From positions 59,996,199-60,050,955 of the forward strand of contig NC_068990.1 of assembly GCF_001194135.2 (NCBI RefSeq): a stretch of 54,757 bases of DNA. The letters are read 5' to 3'. How positions within the stretch are numbered: position 1 is the stretch's first letter; each line of letters opens with the position of its first letter. Shown piece by piece: positions 11,485-23,980 of this stretch. This stretch comes from Octopus bimaculoides (taxonomy: Eukaryota). A program made the position numbers and the translations under genes. The notes below the pieces were generated by a model. The model did no database searches, was not told the DNA's origin, and saw only the letters and a list, made by a program, of their open reading frames with translations.

Positions 11485-13746
11485 GACTACCTAACCGACC
11501 CGGGCTGCTGACCATCCCACTGGACGCTTGCTCCTGGCCAGTTCCAAGCAGTTGATCATTTTGCAAGCATCTGCCAACATGTTGTGGGCCAGTTTAACAT
11601 TTGCAGGTGTCCCTGACATTTTAACAACTCCCCGGCCCTTCAATGTCTCCGATGCCACAAAGACATCATCACAAAACCAGCTGACAAGGGTGGAGTCATG
11701 GCGGTGTGGTGCATAGACCTCTACAAAGCTGAAGTTCTCTGCCAACTTTAAGACACCTCCTTCTATTGCCCTCTGCCCTCCAACCCCATGCGTTACTACC
11801 AACAAACTGTGTCTTCTACTCTCCAAGACCTCATCTCTTCCTCCTCCTGTCTCCTTCCCACTACCTCCAACTTCAATGTCCACACTCCACGCACCCCCAC
11901 CATTTACTTCCTACCCAAAATCTACAAACCCAACAACCCTGGCTGCCCCATTGCCTCCGCCTGTAACTGCCCCATTGAATTGATCTCTAGATACCTCAAT
12001 CATGTCCTTTCCCCACAAGCGGCTTCCCTCTCCTCCTACATTCATGACACTAACCATGCTCTTCGTCTTTTCAACTTTTTCTCCTTCCCTCCTGGCCCCT
12101 CTAAACTTCTCTTCACTCTTGATATCAAGAGTCTATATACGGTGATCCCACACAACGAAGGACTTCTTGCTCTCAAACACTTTCTAGACCTTCAACCCAA
12201 CCCCCAACCTGACACCTCCACACTTCATCGTCTGGTCAGACTTGTTTTCTCCCTCAACTGCTTCTTGTTCACGGGGGATTTTTACCAACACTCTTGGAAG
12301 TGGCCATGGGAATGAGAATGGGCCTCAACTATGTGAACCTGTTCATTGACTATGTTGAGGCCCAAATATTCTAACGATTCACTGGTCCCACTCCTGAACT
12401 ATATGGCCATTATAGTAATGACTGTATCGTTGCGACCTCACTCACCCATGATCAACTAGACTCCTTCCTCTCTTTTGTCCAATCCTTTCATCCTGCCCTT
12501 GAAATCTCCTGCACCATTTCCAACACTTTTGTCACCTTTCTCGACATTTCGGTCAACATACACAACTCTACTCTCACTACCTCCATCCACTACAAACACA
12601 CTGACTCACACTCATTCCTCAGCTTCTCCTCCTTCCACCCTAGCCACACCAAGCTCTCCATCCCCTACTCCCAATTCCTCCATCTGCGCAGGCTCTACAA
12701 TGACAACCATGACTTTGAAACTCAGTCTCAACTCATGGCTCGCCACTTCATCCTCTCACCACTATCCACCCCTCACCACTATCTACACAGCCCTTGCCAG
12801 AGCAAGTTCTGTGGACCACGTCTCTACTCTCTCTTCCCACACCTGCCCCGCCATTGCCCAGCTCCCGTTTCCCCTCACCTACCACCCCTCCACCCTGCCC
12901 CTCCAATGCACCATTACCCGAGCCTTCCGTCAACTCCAGTCTGACCCCTCCACCTCACACAACTTCCCCAACCTACCCCTTCCCCCTTTCAAACAAGCCC
13001 ACAACAACCTGCGTGACATCTTGGTTCACAGTTTCTTCCCTAACCCCACCTCCCAACCTGGCTCGTTCCCCTACTACATTTACCCTTACCTCTCCGACAC
13101 TACCATCCTCACAGGCACTCATCATCATCCCTATCATATCCCCGACTCCTTTACCTGCACTTCTAGCAACATCATTTACTGTATCTCTTACTCTTTCTGC
13201 CTTTCTCTGTACATTGGTCAAATGGGACACTGCTTGGCTGACCAGTTTGCGGAGCACCTCCGAGACATCAGACTCAGCAATGACACTTTGGTCTTGTGCC
13301 ATTTCCACTCTACCAGTCATTCACTACAATACCTGTCTGTGTTCAGATTGTCTTTGCACAGGGGTAGTCCAGATTCCTGCCTTCACTGTGAACAGGAATT
13401 AATCTTCTCTCTTCGCTCCTTTTCCCCATATGGGCTCAACTCCTCTCCTCTCTTCATCTGACACCTACTTCCTCTATTCACTCCTACCCACCTTCTCTCT
13501 TCATTATTATCTCCCCTTCTTTCAACCTCTCCTGTCAACAATTTTTTTTCCAACCAGTCACCATGCTCGACTGGTAAATCCACAAGTTTTTCTATCCTCT
13601 CTCTGTTTATTTTCTCTTATTCCTTTCTGTTGAAGAGCATATGCTTGTAATGTAGAAGACTTTCTCACTTTCCTGAGCATCAAACTATTACACCTGCTTG
13701 TTGTTCATAGACCTGTCTTCGTCTTTTGTTTTCCAGTAAATTTCAA
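11485..13746 (+). mobile_element. Penelope-like retroelement (RT plus GIY-YIG endonuclease), 5'-truncated and decayed
   Basis: IITKPADKGG, YFLPKIYKPNNPGCPIAS, LDIKSLYTVIPH, AMGMRMG, YIDD decayed to YSND (12411-12422), LSIPYSQFLHLRRL, NLRDILVHS, FTCTSSNIIYCI...LYIGQMG...QFAEH; several stops and frameshifts; AT-rich 3' pLTR-like tail. Confidence 0.95.
13624..13660 (+). ncRNA. Degenerate type I hammerhead ribozyme motif in the PLE 3' end
   Basis: ttgaaga-gc-atat-gc-t-tgtaa-tgta: UGAAGA core half and short stem II remain, GAAA is mutated; position matches known PLE pLTR hammerheads. Confidence 0.4.
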
Positions 13747-13748
13747 GT

Positions 13749-13994
13749 AAACATAGCAAGCTGGATATTGATATATGGGACCGACAAGAAAAGGATGTAC
13801 CATCATAGAGATCAGTTGTTCTACTGATGCATATATCTCCTTGAAAATTGAAGAGTAAGAAGATATCTATGGATAACTACTTCAAAACTTCCAGCTTCTA
13901 TATCCAGATTATAAATTCATATTTATATCAATATCAACTGGTGCACTGGGTTTTGTAAGTAAATGCCCAAGTGAAAATCTGGATAAGCTTGAAT
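13749..13994 (+). mobile_element. Restriction-enzyme-like (REL) endonuclease remnant of an R4/NeSL-type LINE
   Basis: KHSKLDIDIWDRQEK / CTIIEISCSTDAYISLKIEE*EDIYG*LLQNFQLLYPDYKFIFISISTGALGFV fits the decayed RPD...IE...K..KY...P...GALG pattern. Confidence 0.75.
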
Positions 13995-14143
13995 TTGTAT
14001 TTATGTTTCGTATTTATGATAAAATAAATATATACAAATTATAAAAATATTAAAAAAATTACACAATACTATACTGCTTCTACTGTTTCTACTATTGCGG
14101 GGGGTTTTGGAAAGTAACACCTGCGATAGTTGAGGGATTACTG
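13995..14143 (+). mobile_element. pogo/Tigger-like MITE 3' end
   Basis: Ends gcgatagttgagggattactg followed by TA (reverse complement CAGTAATCCCTC); no matching left TIR seen. Confidence 0.5.
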
Positions 14144-14189
14144 TATATCATTTCTATATATCCAATACGCTAATAAGCTGACCAGCCAA

Positions 14190-14527
14190 CTTTTTATTTC
14201 ACACTGGAGGAGATGGCTGTAATAGCAACTTGAACACGTGTTGCTAAACACTGCTTGTTGCAGTTCCATCCAGGTAACCAACTACTATTCTTCATCCTCC
14301 CTACAGTCCAGACCCCGCTCCCTATGATTCTTGGTTGTTCCACAAGCTGAAGGCAGCTATGACAAGGGTTTTGGACACTTTCACTTTAGAGGACTTCCAT
14401 GGGGGTCTTCGTTGCTGGAATGCACTGAAGTCAGAGGATCTTACTCTGAAAGAGGTTAGAGTTTTGTACTTCTTTGAAATTAATGTCTCTCCAGAAAAGA
14501 TTCCAAGATTTCTGGAATGCATCTCAT
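14190..14527 (+). mobile_element. Mariner 3' remnant
   Basis: TILHPPYSPDPAPYDSWLFHKLK (YSPDLAP motif); TIR-like end ccaagatttctggaatgcatctca plus TA. Confidence 0.7.
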
Positions 14528-14569
14528 AAACATACACACACGCATGTCTCTCTGTCATACTCTAACTTC

Positions 14570-14938
14570 TCATCACCTGGCATAAGGCCACCTCCTCTAA
14601 TACCTCCTGTTTCAAAGAATATTTATCTTGTGAGTTATTTGTTGACCCTGCCTGTGCTAGTATCATATAAAATGCACCCAAGCCACTCTGTAAAGAAAGC
14701 GCATCCAGCCATAAAAACCATGCCAAAACAGAGGTTGCCAGGGCTGGTGCCAGATAGAAAGCACTCAGTCCACTCTGTAAGGTGGTTGGTGTTAGGAAGG
14801 GCATCCAGTCATAGAAACCAAACCCAAAAGAGACAGCAAAGTCTGGTGCAGACTTCTGGCTTGGCAGCTCCTGTCAAACCGTCCAATGCATGCCAGCTTG
14901 GAAAATGAATGTGAAATGAAGATGATGATGATGATGAT

Positions 14939-14940
<2 letters not shown>
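14570..14940 (+). mobile_element. RTE 3' tail with internal duplicated segment
   Basis: Two gcatccag...aaacca(tgcc)aaa blocks, then ctcctgtcaaaccgtccaatgcatgccagc and (GAT)n. Confidence 0.75.
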
Positions 14941-14972
<32 letters not shown>

Positions 14973-15143
14973 GATACATACATATGTGTATATACATATA
15001 TGTATACATTTTGTTGCACCATTTTAATATAAACTTTTTCATATTTGTATGAGTCTTATGGAATTTGTCGAGGCAAGTTTTCTAGGCTGGATGCCCTTTC
15101 TGTACTCACACGCATGCATGCACATATGCATGCATATACGCAT

Positions 15144-15182
<39 letters not shown>

Positions 15183-15244
15183 TGCACAGACACACACACA
15201 GACATATACACACACAGACATACACACACCCTTTTATACATGTA

Positions 15245-16939
15245 CAGTTATGGCTAATGATTTTGGCAAATACTGGGTTTTTTTTGCTATTTCAGGTGAA
15301 ATATCATGTGAATGTTAATGATTTAATATTATTTTAACAGGTTGTCTGTTATCCAATAAGATTTGAAAGAAAAACTGTTGAAACAAATAGATATTGCAAA
15401 TAATCATCAGCTTGCGTAATTGGTTATATTTCCTACAAGTGGAAATCACATTCCTCTTCATGATTTCAAGTTGGAATCACATGCAAACTAATAAATAATA
15501 AGAACAATAAAGTTACGTATGATGTCATGAGCCTTTTATGAGTGACTTTTAATTAATGAATGCGCTTTTTCCTCACAAAAACTTCAAATTTTATTTTCTT
15601 TTATTGCAGGGATGTTATTGGCACAATAAAAATGTCAGTCAATAATTTCTTCCCACCAAAATGGCCTAACAACACAGGATATTGTTGTTAAAGGTGGCGA
15701 GCTGGCAGAAACGTTAGCACGCCGGGCGAAATGCTTAGCGGTATTTCGTCTACCGCTATGTTCTGAGTTCAAATTCCGCCGAGGTCGACTCTGCCTTTCA
15801 TCCTTTCGGGGTCGATTAAATAAGTACCAGTTACGCAATGGGATCGGTATAATCGACTTAATCCGTTTGTCTGTCCTTGTTTGTCCCCTCTGTGTGTAGC
15901 CCCTTGTGGGTAGTAAAGAAATAACACAGGATATTGTTGTTAAAGATATTCACCTGAAAAACTGTGTACAGGATTATAAAAACTTCCAAAGAGACAAGAT
16001 CCATGATGGTGAAGAAGGCTCCTCATTGTCAATGTCTGCTGTCTGACTATTCGACAACGACTTCTTGACAATGGCCTCACTTCACAGAGTGCTGCAAGGA
16101 AACCTTTTTTGTCTGAGGAAAACATGAAGGATAAGCTTGCCTTTTGCAGAAAATATAAAAATTGGTCCAGTGAACAATGGAATAAAGTGATTTTTTTCTG
16201 ATGAAGCACCGTTTCAATTATTTGGGATGTCTGAAAAAAGGCTCGTCAGAAGGCAACAAGGTGAACGCTATGATGAGGCCTGTATCATGCCCACAGTTAG
16301 GCATTCAGAAAATATTCATGTGTGGGGTTGCTTTTCATCCAAGGGCATTGGATTACTGTCAGTTTTGCCAAAAAACACTTCTATGAATTCGAAATGGTAC
16401 CAAAATATCCTTGAAAACCATCTCCTTCCAACCATTGAGAGGCAGTTTGGTGAAGAAACTTGCATTTTCCAACAAGATGGAGCATCTTTCCACACTGCTA
16501 AAAAGATTAAAAAGTATCTTGGAGATATTGAAATTTTGGAGTCTTGGCTGGGGAATTCTCCAAATTCAAATTCTATTGAAAATTTGTGGTCCACCCTTAA
16601 AATCCGAGTTGACAGAGAAAACCAACAAATATTGAACAGTTGAAAGCTATCATACAGCAAGAATGGAGATCTGTAAACATAGAACTGACTCAATAATTGG
16701 TTTCCAGCATGTCTAAATGAATCATGGGCCTCTCAAAAAATAGGGGTCACCACTGTAAATACTGAGAGGAAGATGAATAACTGCATATCACACCTCATTA
16801 TTGTTTATATGGTTCAAGTGTGTTATTATTCTTTGTTAATATGCTTGTATGCACTCAAACAAATCAAACTTTTGCCTTAGGCATATTTATATATTTTTGG
16901 TGTGAAATACGCCTTTGCCAAAATCATTGGCCACAACTG
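15245..16939 (+). mobile_element. Full-length Tc1-like DNA transposon, transposase pseudogene
   Basis: TIRs cagttatggctaatgattttggcaaa (15245-15270) and tttgccaaaatcattggccacaactg (16914-16939), TA on both sides; KCQSIISSHQNGLTTQDI HTH, AARKPFL, VIFSDE, VWGCFS, FQQDG...NSIENLW (33 residues between D and E in this copy). Confidence 0.95.
15694..15922 (+). mobile_element. Young SINE (family A head, distinct tail) inserted in the Tc1 HTH region
   Basis: Perfect 23-bp TSD aacacaggatattgttgttaaag at 15671-15693 and 15923-15945; many CpGs retained. Confidence 0.95.
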
Positions 16940-18389
16940 TACATTCAATACGTGGCTTTAAGATGAACAAATATATAAGTAAAATTTACAATCATCTGTA
17001 TTAGTAAACACACAAATTTAACTTAATTGTGAAAAAGTAGATGTTGTTATCAAGACACATGCTTTTGTCTCTGTAATTAAAAGCATAAATCAACATAACT
17101 AGTTTCAGTTTTATTTGTTGCTTCATCAGGGAGTGATTACTCATTTTCATGGTTATAGAGAGAATAATTATTTTGAGATCTAATTTGCATGAAAGTGCAA
17201 ATGTAAGCAATGTGAATAATTAATTGAAATTAACACATCAGTATGTTCAGATAACTAGAGATGTATGCTAAACTTTATAAATGTGTGGTTTAAATAAAAA
17301 CATTTTTAACTTCATTATAAATTACAATACTTTTTGTGATTCAGAAAGCAAAGTAATTGATATCTGATGAAGCAGTTAAAAAACAATAAATAAATTTAAC
17401 AAAATACAAAAGATTTCAAAACTGAACCATCTGTATTTTTGTCATTACAGAGAGAAAAACCATGGGGTTAACCACAATACCTGCTTTTCACAGTAAGGAC
17501 TAAAAATGTATATTTACTAAAAGCATGTTTGTATGTCTGTTTTCTCTCTCTCATGCTCTCTCTCTCTCTCTTTGAAAGATATATATTTACAGATATAAAT
17601 ATACATGTACATATACATATACATATTTATATACATACACACATATATATATATATCATCATCATCATTCTCATTATCATCATCATCCTCATCATCATCA
17701 TCCTCATCATCATCATCATCCTCATCCTCATCCTCATCATCCTCATCATCATCATCATCATCACCATCATTTAATGTCTGTTTTCCATGCTGTCATGGAT
17801 TGAATGGTATATACATTAAAAAGCTATATGGCTTTATATGTATGTACATGTAGNNNNNNNNNNNNNNNNNNNNNNNNNNNNNNNNNNNNNNNNNNNNNNN
17901 NNNNNNNNNNNNNNNNNNNNNNNNNNNNNNNNNNNNNNNNNNNNNNNNNNNNNNNNNNNNNNNNNNNNNNNNNNNNNNNNNNNNNNNNNNNNNNNNNNNN
18001 NNNNNNNNNNNNNNNNNNNNNNNNNNNNNNNNNNNNNNNNNNNNNNNNNNNNNNNNNNNNNNNNNNNNNNNNNNNNNNNNNNNNNNNNNNNNNNNNNNNN
18101 NNNNNNNNNNNNNNNNNNNNNNNNNNNNNNNNNNNNNNNNNNNNNNNNNNNNNNNNNNNNNNNNNNNNNNNNNNNNNNNNNNNNNNNNNNNNNNNNNNNN
18201 NNNNNNNNNNNNNNNNNNNNNNNNNNNNNNNNNNNNNNNNNNNNNNNNNNNNNNNNNNNNNNNNNNNNNNNNNNNNNNNNNNNNNNNNNNNNNNNNNNNN
18301 NNNNNNNNNNNNNNNNNNNNNNNNNNNNNNNNNNNNNNNNNNNNTATATATATATGCACATATATACACATGTAAAGTCATATATCTTT

Positions 18390-18602
18390 TATCTTTTATC
18401 TTTCACTTGTTTCAGCCATTAGAGTATGGCCATACTGGGGCACTACCTTGAAGAATTTTTAGTTGAATGAATTGACCTCAGTACATTCATTTCTTTCTTT
18501 TTTAAAGCCTGGTACTTATTCAATCAGTCTCTTTTGCCAAACCGTTAAGTTACAGGGATGTAAAAAGACCAAAGTTGGTTGTCAACAGGTAGTGGTGGAC
18601 AA

Positions 18603-18644
<42 letters not shown>

Positions 18645-18835
18645 ATACACATGCAGACACACATACACACACACACAAACACAGAGGCTTCTTAAAGTTT
18701 TCATCTGCCAAATCTACTTACAAGGCTTTAGTCAGCCCAAGGCTATAGCAGAATGTACCTGACCAAGATGCCATGCAGTGGGACTGAACCTGGAACTATA
18801 TGGCTGAGAAGTAAACTTTTTACCACACTGCCATT
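18390..18835 (-). mobile_element. SINE family B, near full length
   Basis: Tail, (CA)n and tRNA-like head. Confidence 0.85.
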
Positions 18836-18919
18836 GTATATATGAGTGTATGTGTATATACAGAGGGCGTCCATAAAGTCATGGTGCAATACCACAGAAT
18901 TACTTCCAAGTTCTCTTAC

Positions 18920-19052
18920 AGGGCTTAGAAAAACTGAAGGACCGCTGTAATAAGTGTGTGAATCTGAGAGAGGAATATGTTGAATAAAATCATAATTAAC
19001 TGATCCTCTTGTTCTTTCCTTTTAGCCAAAGCCAGGAACTTTTCAGCACCCC
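18920..19052 (+). mobile_element. Mariner 3' end
   Basis: QGLEKLKDRCNKCVNLREEYVE* resembles a mariner C-terminus; TIR gccaggaacttttcagcaccc. A separate Tc1/mariner-like 5' end (tacagagggcgtccataaag) sits at ~18860. Confidence 0.75.
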
Positions 19053-19067
19053 TAGAGTTGTTGTTGT

Positions 19068-19308
19068 TGGCACTCCGTCGCTTACGACATCGAGGGTTCC
19101 AGTTGATCCGATCAATGGAACAGCCTGCTCATGAAATTAACGTGCAAGTGGCTGAGCACTCCACAGACACGTGTACCCTTAACGTAGTTCTCGGGGATAT
19201 TCAGCGTGACACTGTGTGACAAGGCTGGCCCCTTTGAAATACAGGCACAACAGAAACAGGAAGTAAGAGTGAGAGAAAGTTGTGGTGAGAGAGTACAGCA
19301 GGGTTCGC
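19068..19308 (-). mobile_element. SINE family C 3' tail (young, CpG-rich), truncated by assembly gap
   Basis: Reverse complement of the tail at 26010-26160; (GTT)n end. Confidence 0.75.
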
Positions 19309-19644
19309 NNNNNNNNNNNNNNNNNNNNNNNNNNNNNNNNNNNNNNNNNNNNNNNNNNNNNNNNNNNNNNNNNNNNNNNNNNNNNNNNNNNNNNNNNNNN
19401 NNNNNNNNNNNNNNNNNNNNNNNNNNNNNNNNNNNNNNNNNNNNNNNNNNNNNNNNNNNNNNNNNNNNNNNNNNNNNNNNNNNNNNNNNNNNNNNNNNNN
19501 NNNNNNNNNNNNNNNNNNNNNNNNNNNNNNNNNNNNNTCAGGGGCTATAGCAAAAAAGTCTTGCCTCAGCTACCATGCAAGGAGACTGAACTTGAAACCA
19601 TGTGGTTGGGAAGCAAATTTCCTAACCACACACCCATGCCCGAT

Positions 19645-19712
<68 letters not shown>

Positions 19713-20015
19713 ATGTGCAAATGTGTGTGTGAGTGTGTATGAATGAACGTCTATTTGTATGCTTGTCTGTGTGTAAGCATAATGACTTCACATTAAAAGG
19801 CATAAATAGTGAAGCATTCTTGAGAATATGGTTTTTGAATAAGAATTAAATGGTTACATACTTAGAACCTTCTATTTAGCTATGTCATTAGCCTTTTTCT
19901 AATTATTATCCTTCTCTCTCAAGCACAAGTCTTAATTAAGAAACAAATTTTAAAAGACTAATTGCTATATAATACACACACTTTTAGGTATATACATATA
20001 CATATATATATACAG

Positions 20016-20093
<78 letters not shown>

Positions 20094-21519
20094 ATATATG
20101 TATATATATATATATGCATGTGTGTTTACGAATGTGTCTATGTATGTGCATGCACATATATATTAATATATGTATATATTTACATGTTGAATAAGATTAA
20201 ACAAAAGTTATTTGAAAGAGAAAATCAGCTGAAATTGGAATGAAATTCCTCATTAGTTTGTTGTTTTAATAATTGGCATTAATGAGGTTGGCATCAGTTT
20301 CTAAAATTATTCTCTGTATTGAATTTCTGTAAAGTTATTTATATTATTTATATTTTTGCTGCACATATCACTTTTGTATGTTTTATGATATATGTTTTCC
20401 AATGGATATATAGATGTATGATTGTATGATATTACATGAATTTTAAAAACTATTTAATCTTCTACATATTTACTTTTTTTTTTGTTAAAAAATAACAAAC
20501 TGTAATTTAATAAACTACATTTTGATAAGCAGATATACTTGTTAAAAACGTAACACATAACAAATTACCTTGAATTTGATATCAATTTAGTATTCCTTAA
20601 CAGGGATTAAACATGCAAATGTTATCATATAGTTAGCATGTTTTTATCGTTTTTAGCACTATCTTTTATACTAATTTTTTGTTACTATTATACTATAAAG
20701 AGTATAGTATAAATAATATTTTTTAGAAATTCCACACCTTATCTAAATTAGTATCTTGACATATCTCAGATCTGGTTTTGTATATATGTAAACATGTGCC
20801 TTATATTATTTTATATTATTATATATTATATATTATACTAGTATTATATCCTCCTCCTCCTTCACCACCACCACAACTGTCACCGCCACTGCCACTGGCA
20901 CTGCTACCACTACCACTGCCACTGCTGCCACTGCTGCCACTGTCTCCTCCTCCTCCTCACCACCACCACCACCACTGCTGCCACCACCGCCGCCACCACT
21001 GCCACCGCCGCCACCACCACCACCACCACCTTCATCATCATTGTTTTAATGTCCATTTTTCTCTATGCTTTCATAGGGTAGACAGTTTATCAAAGCAGAT
21101 ATTCTGAGGTCAGATTACTATTCCAGCTGTCAATTCTCACCTCTTTCCAAGCAAGGTAATATTTTCCCCATGATTAGACATGTTACAGCAGAATATTAGA
21201 AATGAATGACACTGCTTGTATAATAGTGTCACTCATTTTCAACTGTCATGCTGTAATGTCAAATCAAAGAGACACAAACTGTGACACACACACACACATG
21301 ATAGGTTTCATTCAGTTTTTCTCTATCATATCCATTCACAAGGCTTTGGTCAGCCGGGCTATAGCAGAAGACATTAGCTTAGGGTACCATGCTGTGAGAT
21401 TGAACCCATGTCGTTGGGTAGCAAACTTCTTAACCACACAGCTATTCTTGCAGCTATATTATTTCATCCCATATCATATCAGATATCGTATTATGTGATA
21501 TTATATATTCTATCATAGG

Positions 21520-21930
21520 CCTAGGTGTGGCAGTTTGATATGAAGCTTGTTTCTCAACCATATGTTTCCAGGTTCAGTCATACAAGATGGCTTTTTGGGC
21601 AAGTGTCTTCTACTATAGACTCAAATCAACGAAAGCCTTGTTGAATCGATTTAGTAGACAGAAACTGAAAGAAGCCCTTCATAAATATATCTATGTTGTG
21701 TGCTGTTATGTTCGCATTTGCCCCTTGCCACCACTCAACAACTAGTGTTGGTATGTTTATGTCCCCACAACCTAGCAGTTTAGCAAAAATGGCTCATAGA
21801 GTAAGTACTAGGCTTTAAAAAAAAAAGCCACCAATACCACCACCACCATTCAAGCAAAAATTCTTCAAGGTGGAGCTCCAGCATGGCCACTGTCTAATGA
21901 CTGAAACAAGTAAATAATAGAAGATAAAAG
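21520..21930 (+). mobile_element. SINE family B, diverged
   Basis: Head gtgtggcagtttgatatgaagcttg... through tail ...aatgactgaaacaagtaaa; preceded by an opposite-strand head at ~21300-21450. Confidence 0.8.
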
Positions 21931-22189
21931 GTATATTACATCATATTTTAGTGCAGTATAGTATAGTATATTATATTATTGTATATTATATTATTTATTA
22001 TTTATGAGCTGTAAATTAGTATGTGTGTATCTGTGAAATCAGTGAGTGAGCAGAAACATTTGAATGCTGGACTAAATGCCATCTTATGATATTTAATTTC
22101 ACAATTCAGTGTTATGAGTTCAACTCCCTGTAATGTCCAGTGTAATATCACTTTAGTGAATCATTTAAAAATAAGAACAGGACCAACCA

Positions 22190-22560
22190 ATTGTTAGCAC
22201 ACCAGGCAAAAAGCTAAGTGGAATTTCATCTGTCTTTAGATTCTGAGTTCAAATTCCACTGAGGTCAACTTTGCCTTTCATCCTTTCAGGTCAATGAAAT
22301 AAGTACCAGTTGAGTTCTGGGGGTCAATGTAATCAACTTATTCTCTGCCCTAAACTTACTGTACCAAAACTTGAAACCATTATTACAATTATCTGTTGAG
22401 TGGTGAATTGACAGACCTGTTAAAACATTTAGTTAGGGTTCTCAAAATTCTGAGTTCATATCTTGTAGAGGTCAACTTTGCCTTTTATTCTTCTAGGATC
22501 GATTAAAATAAAATACCAACCAAATAGTGGGATGATTTTAATGAACTAATTCCTTTCCAT
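22190..22560 (+). mobile_element. Two adjacent SINE family A copies (second one partial)
   Basis: ctgagttcaaattccactgaggtcaactttgcctttcatcc motif twice. Confidence 0.75.
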
Positions 22561-23599
22561 CAAGCACTCCTCTTAACCACTCAGCCTACAGACAAAATCA
22601 TTATCATAAACTGTAATGAAGGGTTTCAAGCTTAATCAATCAGAGACTGAATAACAGTTATGTCTTCTGGGTTATTATTATTGTAGTGATTAGAAGACAG
22701 AACTTGGCAGGGGTAGCATTACACCTTTTACTTCTATCCCTCTATATTCTGAGTTCAAACATTGCTTGGGGTGACTTTTTAAACCAGTTGAGTCCAATGT
22801 GATCAACATTTCTTACCTTTCTTTTCCTTTGTTCCATCATTTTAATGTCTACTTTGTTTTTTTTTAAATTTCCATCCATGTTGGCTGTTGTTGATTAGCA
22901 CCAAGTTAGCTTCATTTTGATCAATGGTTTTCCAGCAATGATCCCTTCATCTTCTTCCTAAGGCATTACTAAAACCAGGACTACCTTATTTTAAAGTTGA
23001 GAAGATTTGGTTGCTATTTCTATAAGCTTAAGTGACCACAAAGAAGACCCCCTCATTATTTGCTACCAAGTCAGTTAAAGTAGAATGTATATGTAATACA
23101 GCATCACTCAATCCTGAATCATGTCCTGCAATGGTGCCATCAGTTTGTTGGAGCCAGGACACTATTTGGTAAGAAATCTATCACAACAGGCAAAGTTTTT
23201 ACGTAAGTAATAACACAAGTTTATATGTAAAAATTAAATTTGAAGTTGCTTTTCATTGTAATTGCAAAGTTAGAATAAATAAAAAGAATTAAATATGAGG
23301 ACAATGACCATTATGAATTAGAGTAAAACAAATCATACAGCAGTATTTCTTCTGCTTTAATGTTTGACAGCAAAACAAAAGATGATGTCTTCAAGATTTA
23401 GATTGTAAGCATAACATTCATTAATCATACCTGGATTATACAAATCTGTTGTTTGCCATGGAATTCAGTAGATATCTTGATCATTTACAGATGGAAATTT
23501 TGTGTTGACAGTTGTGTTGTTTATAGTCCATATTACATCAATTTGGACACTCTACCTCTCAGTTTTCCAAGTTCAGTCAATATGTGAAGACCAGTAGCC

Positions 23600-23980
23600 C
23601 CAAGGAATTCAAATGGGATCTTTTTTAAAACGGGGGCCACATTTTTCATTAATGTTTTATGTAGTGTTTTTGGTACCGAAAGACTTTCAAACTTCGTATA
23701 CTTATCTATTTTGTGTTATAGAACAGAAAAATATTTTTGTATTCGAATTTATTTCATGTAAAAAATTGTCTTATTTCGATAATTTCAACCAATCACTGAC
23801 AAGTATTCAGTTGTTTACATTTACTCCTTTGGCTGATTAAGCCATAGCTTCGTTTTATTTGCTTTTTTCTTTTTAAATTTGCTGTTTTACCCTAACCCTA
23901 TCACCGATAGAATTGTTTCAGAATCATTTGTTTATGTAGTCGGCACTTAATGTATATCGGCTGAATGGACGTCAGTGATT
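23600..23980. repeat. Unclassified interspersed element with an internal inverted repeat
   Basis: aatcactgac (23791-23800) pairs with gtcagtgatt (23971-23980, running into the gap); ccctaaccct motif in between. Confidence 0.35.

Noticed and set aside
11491-13583. Minus-strand G/V/E-rich ORFs and alternative plus-strand P/S/T-rich ORFs over the PLE
   Set aside because: By-products of the PLE's C-rich strand bias; only the RT/GIY-YIG frames carry motifs.
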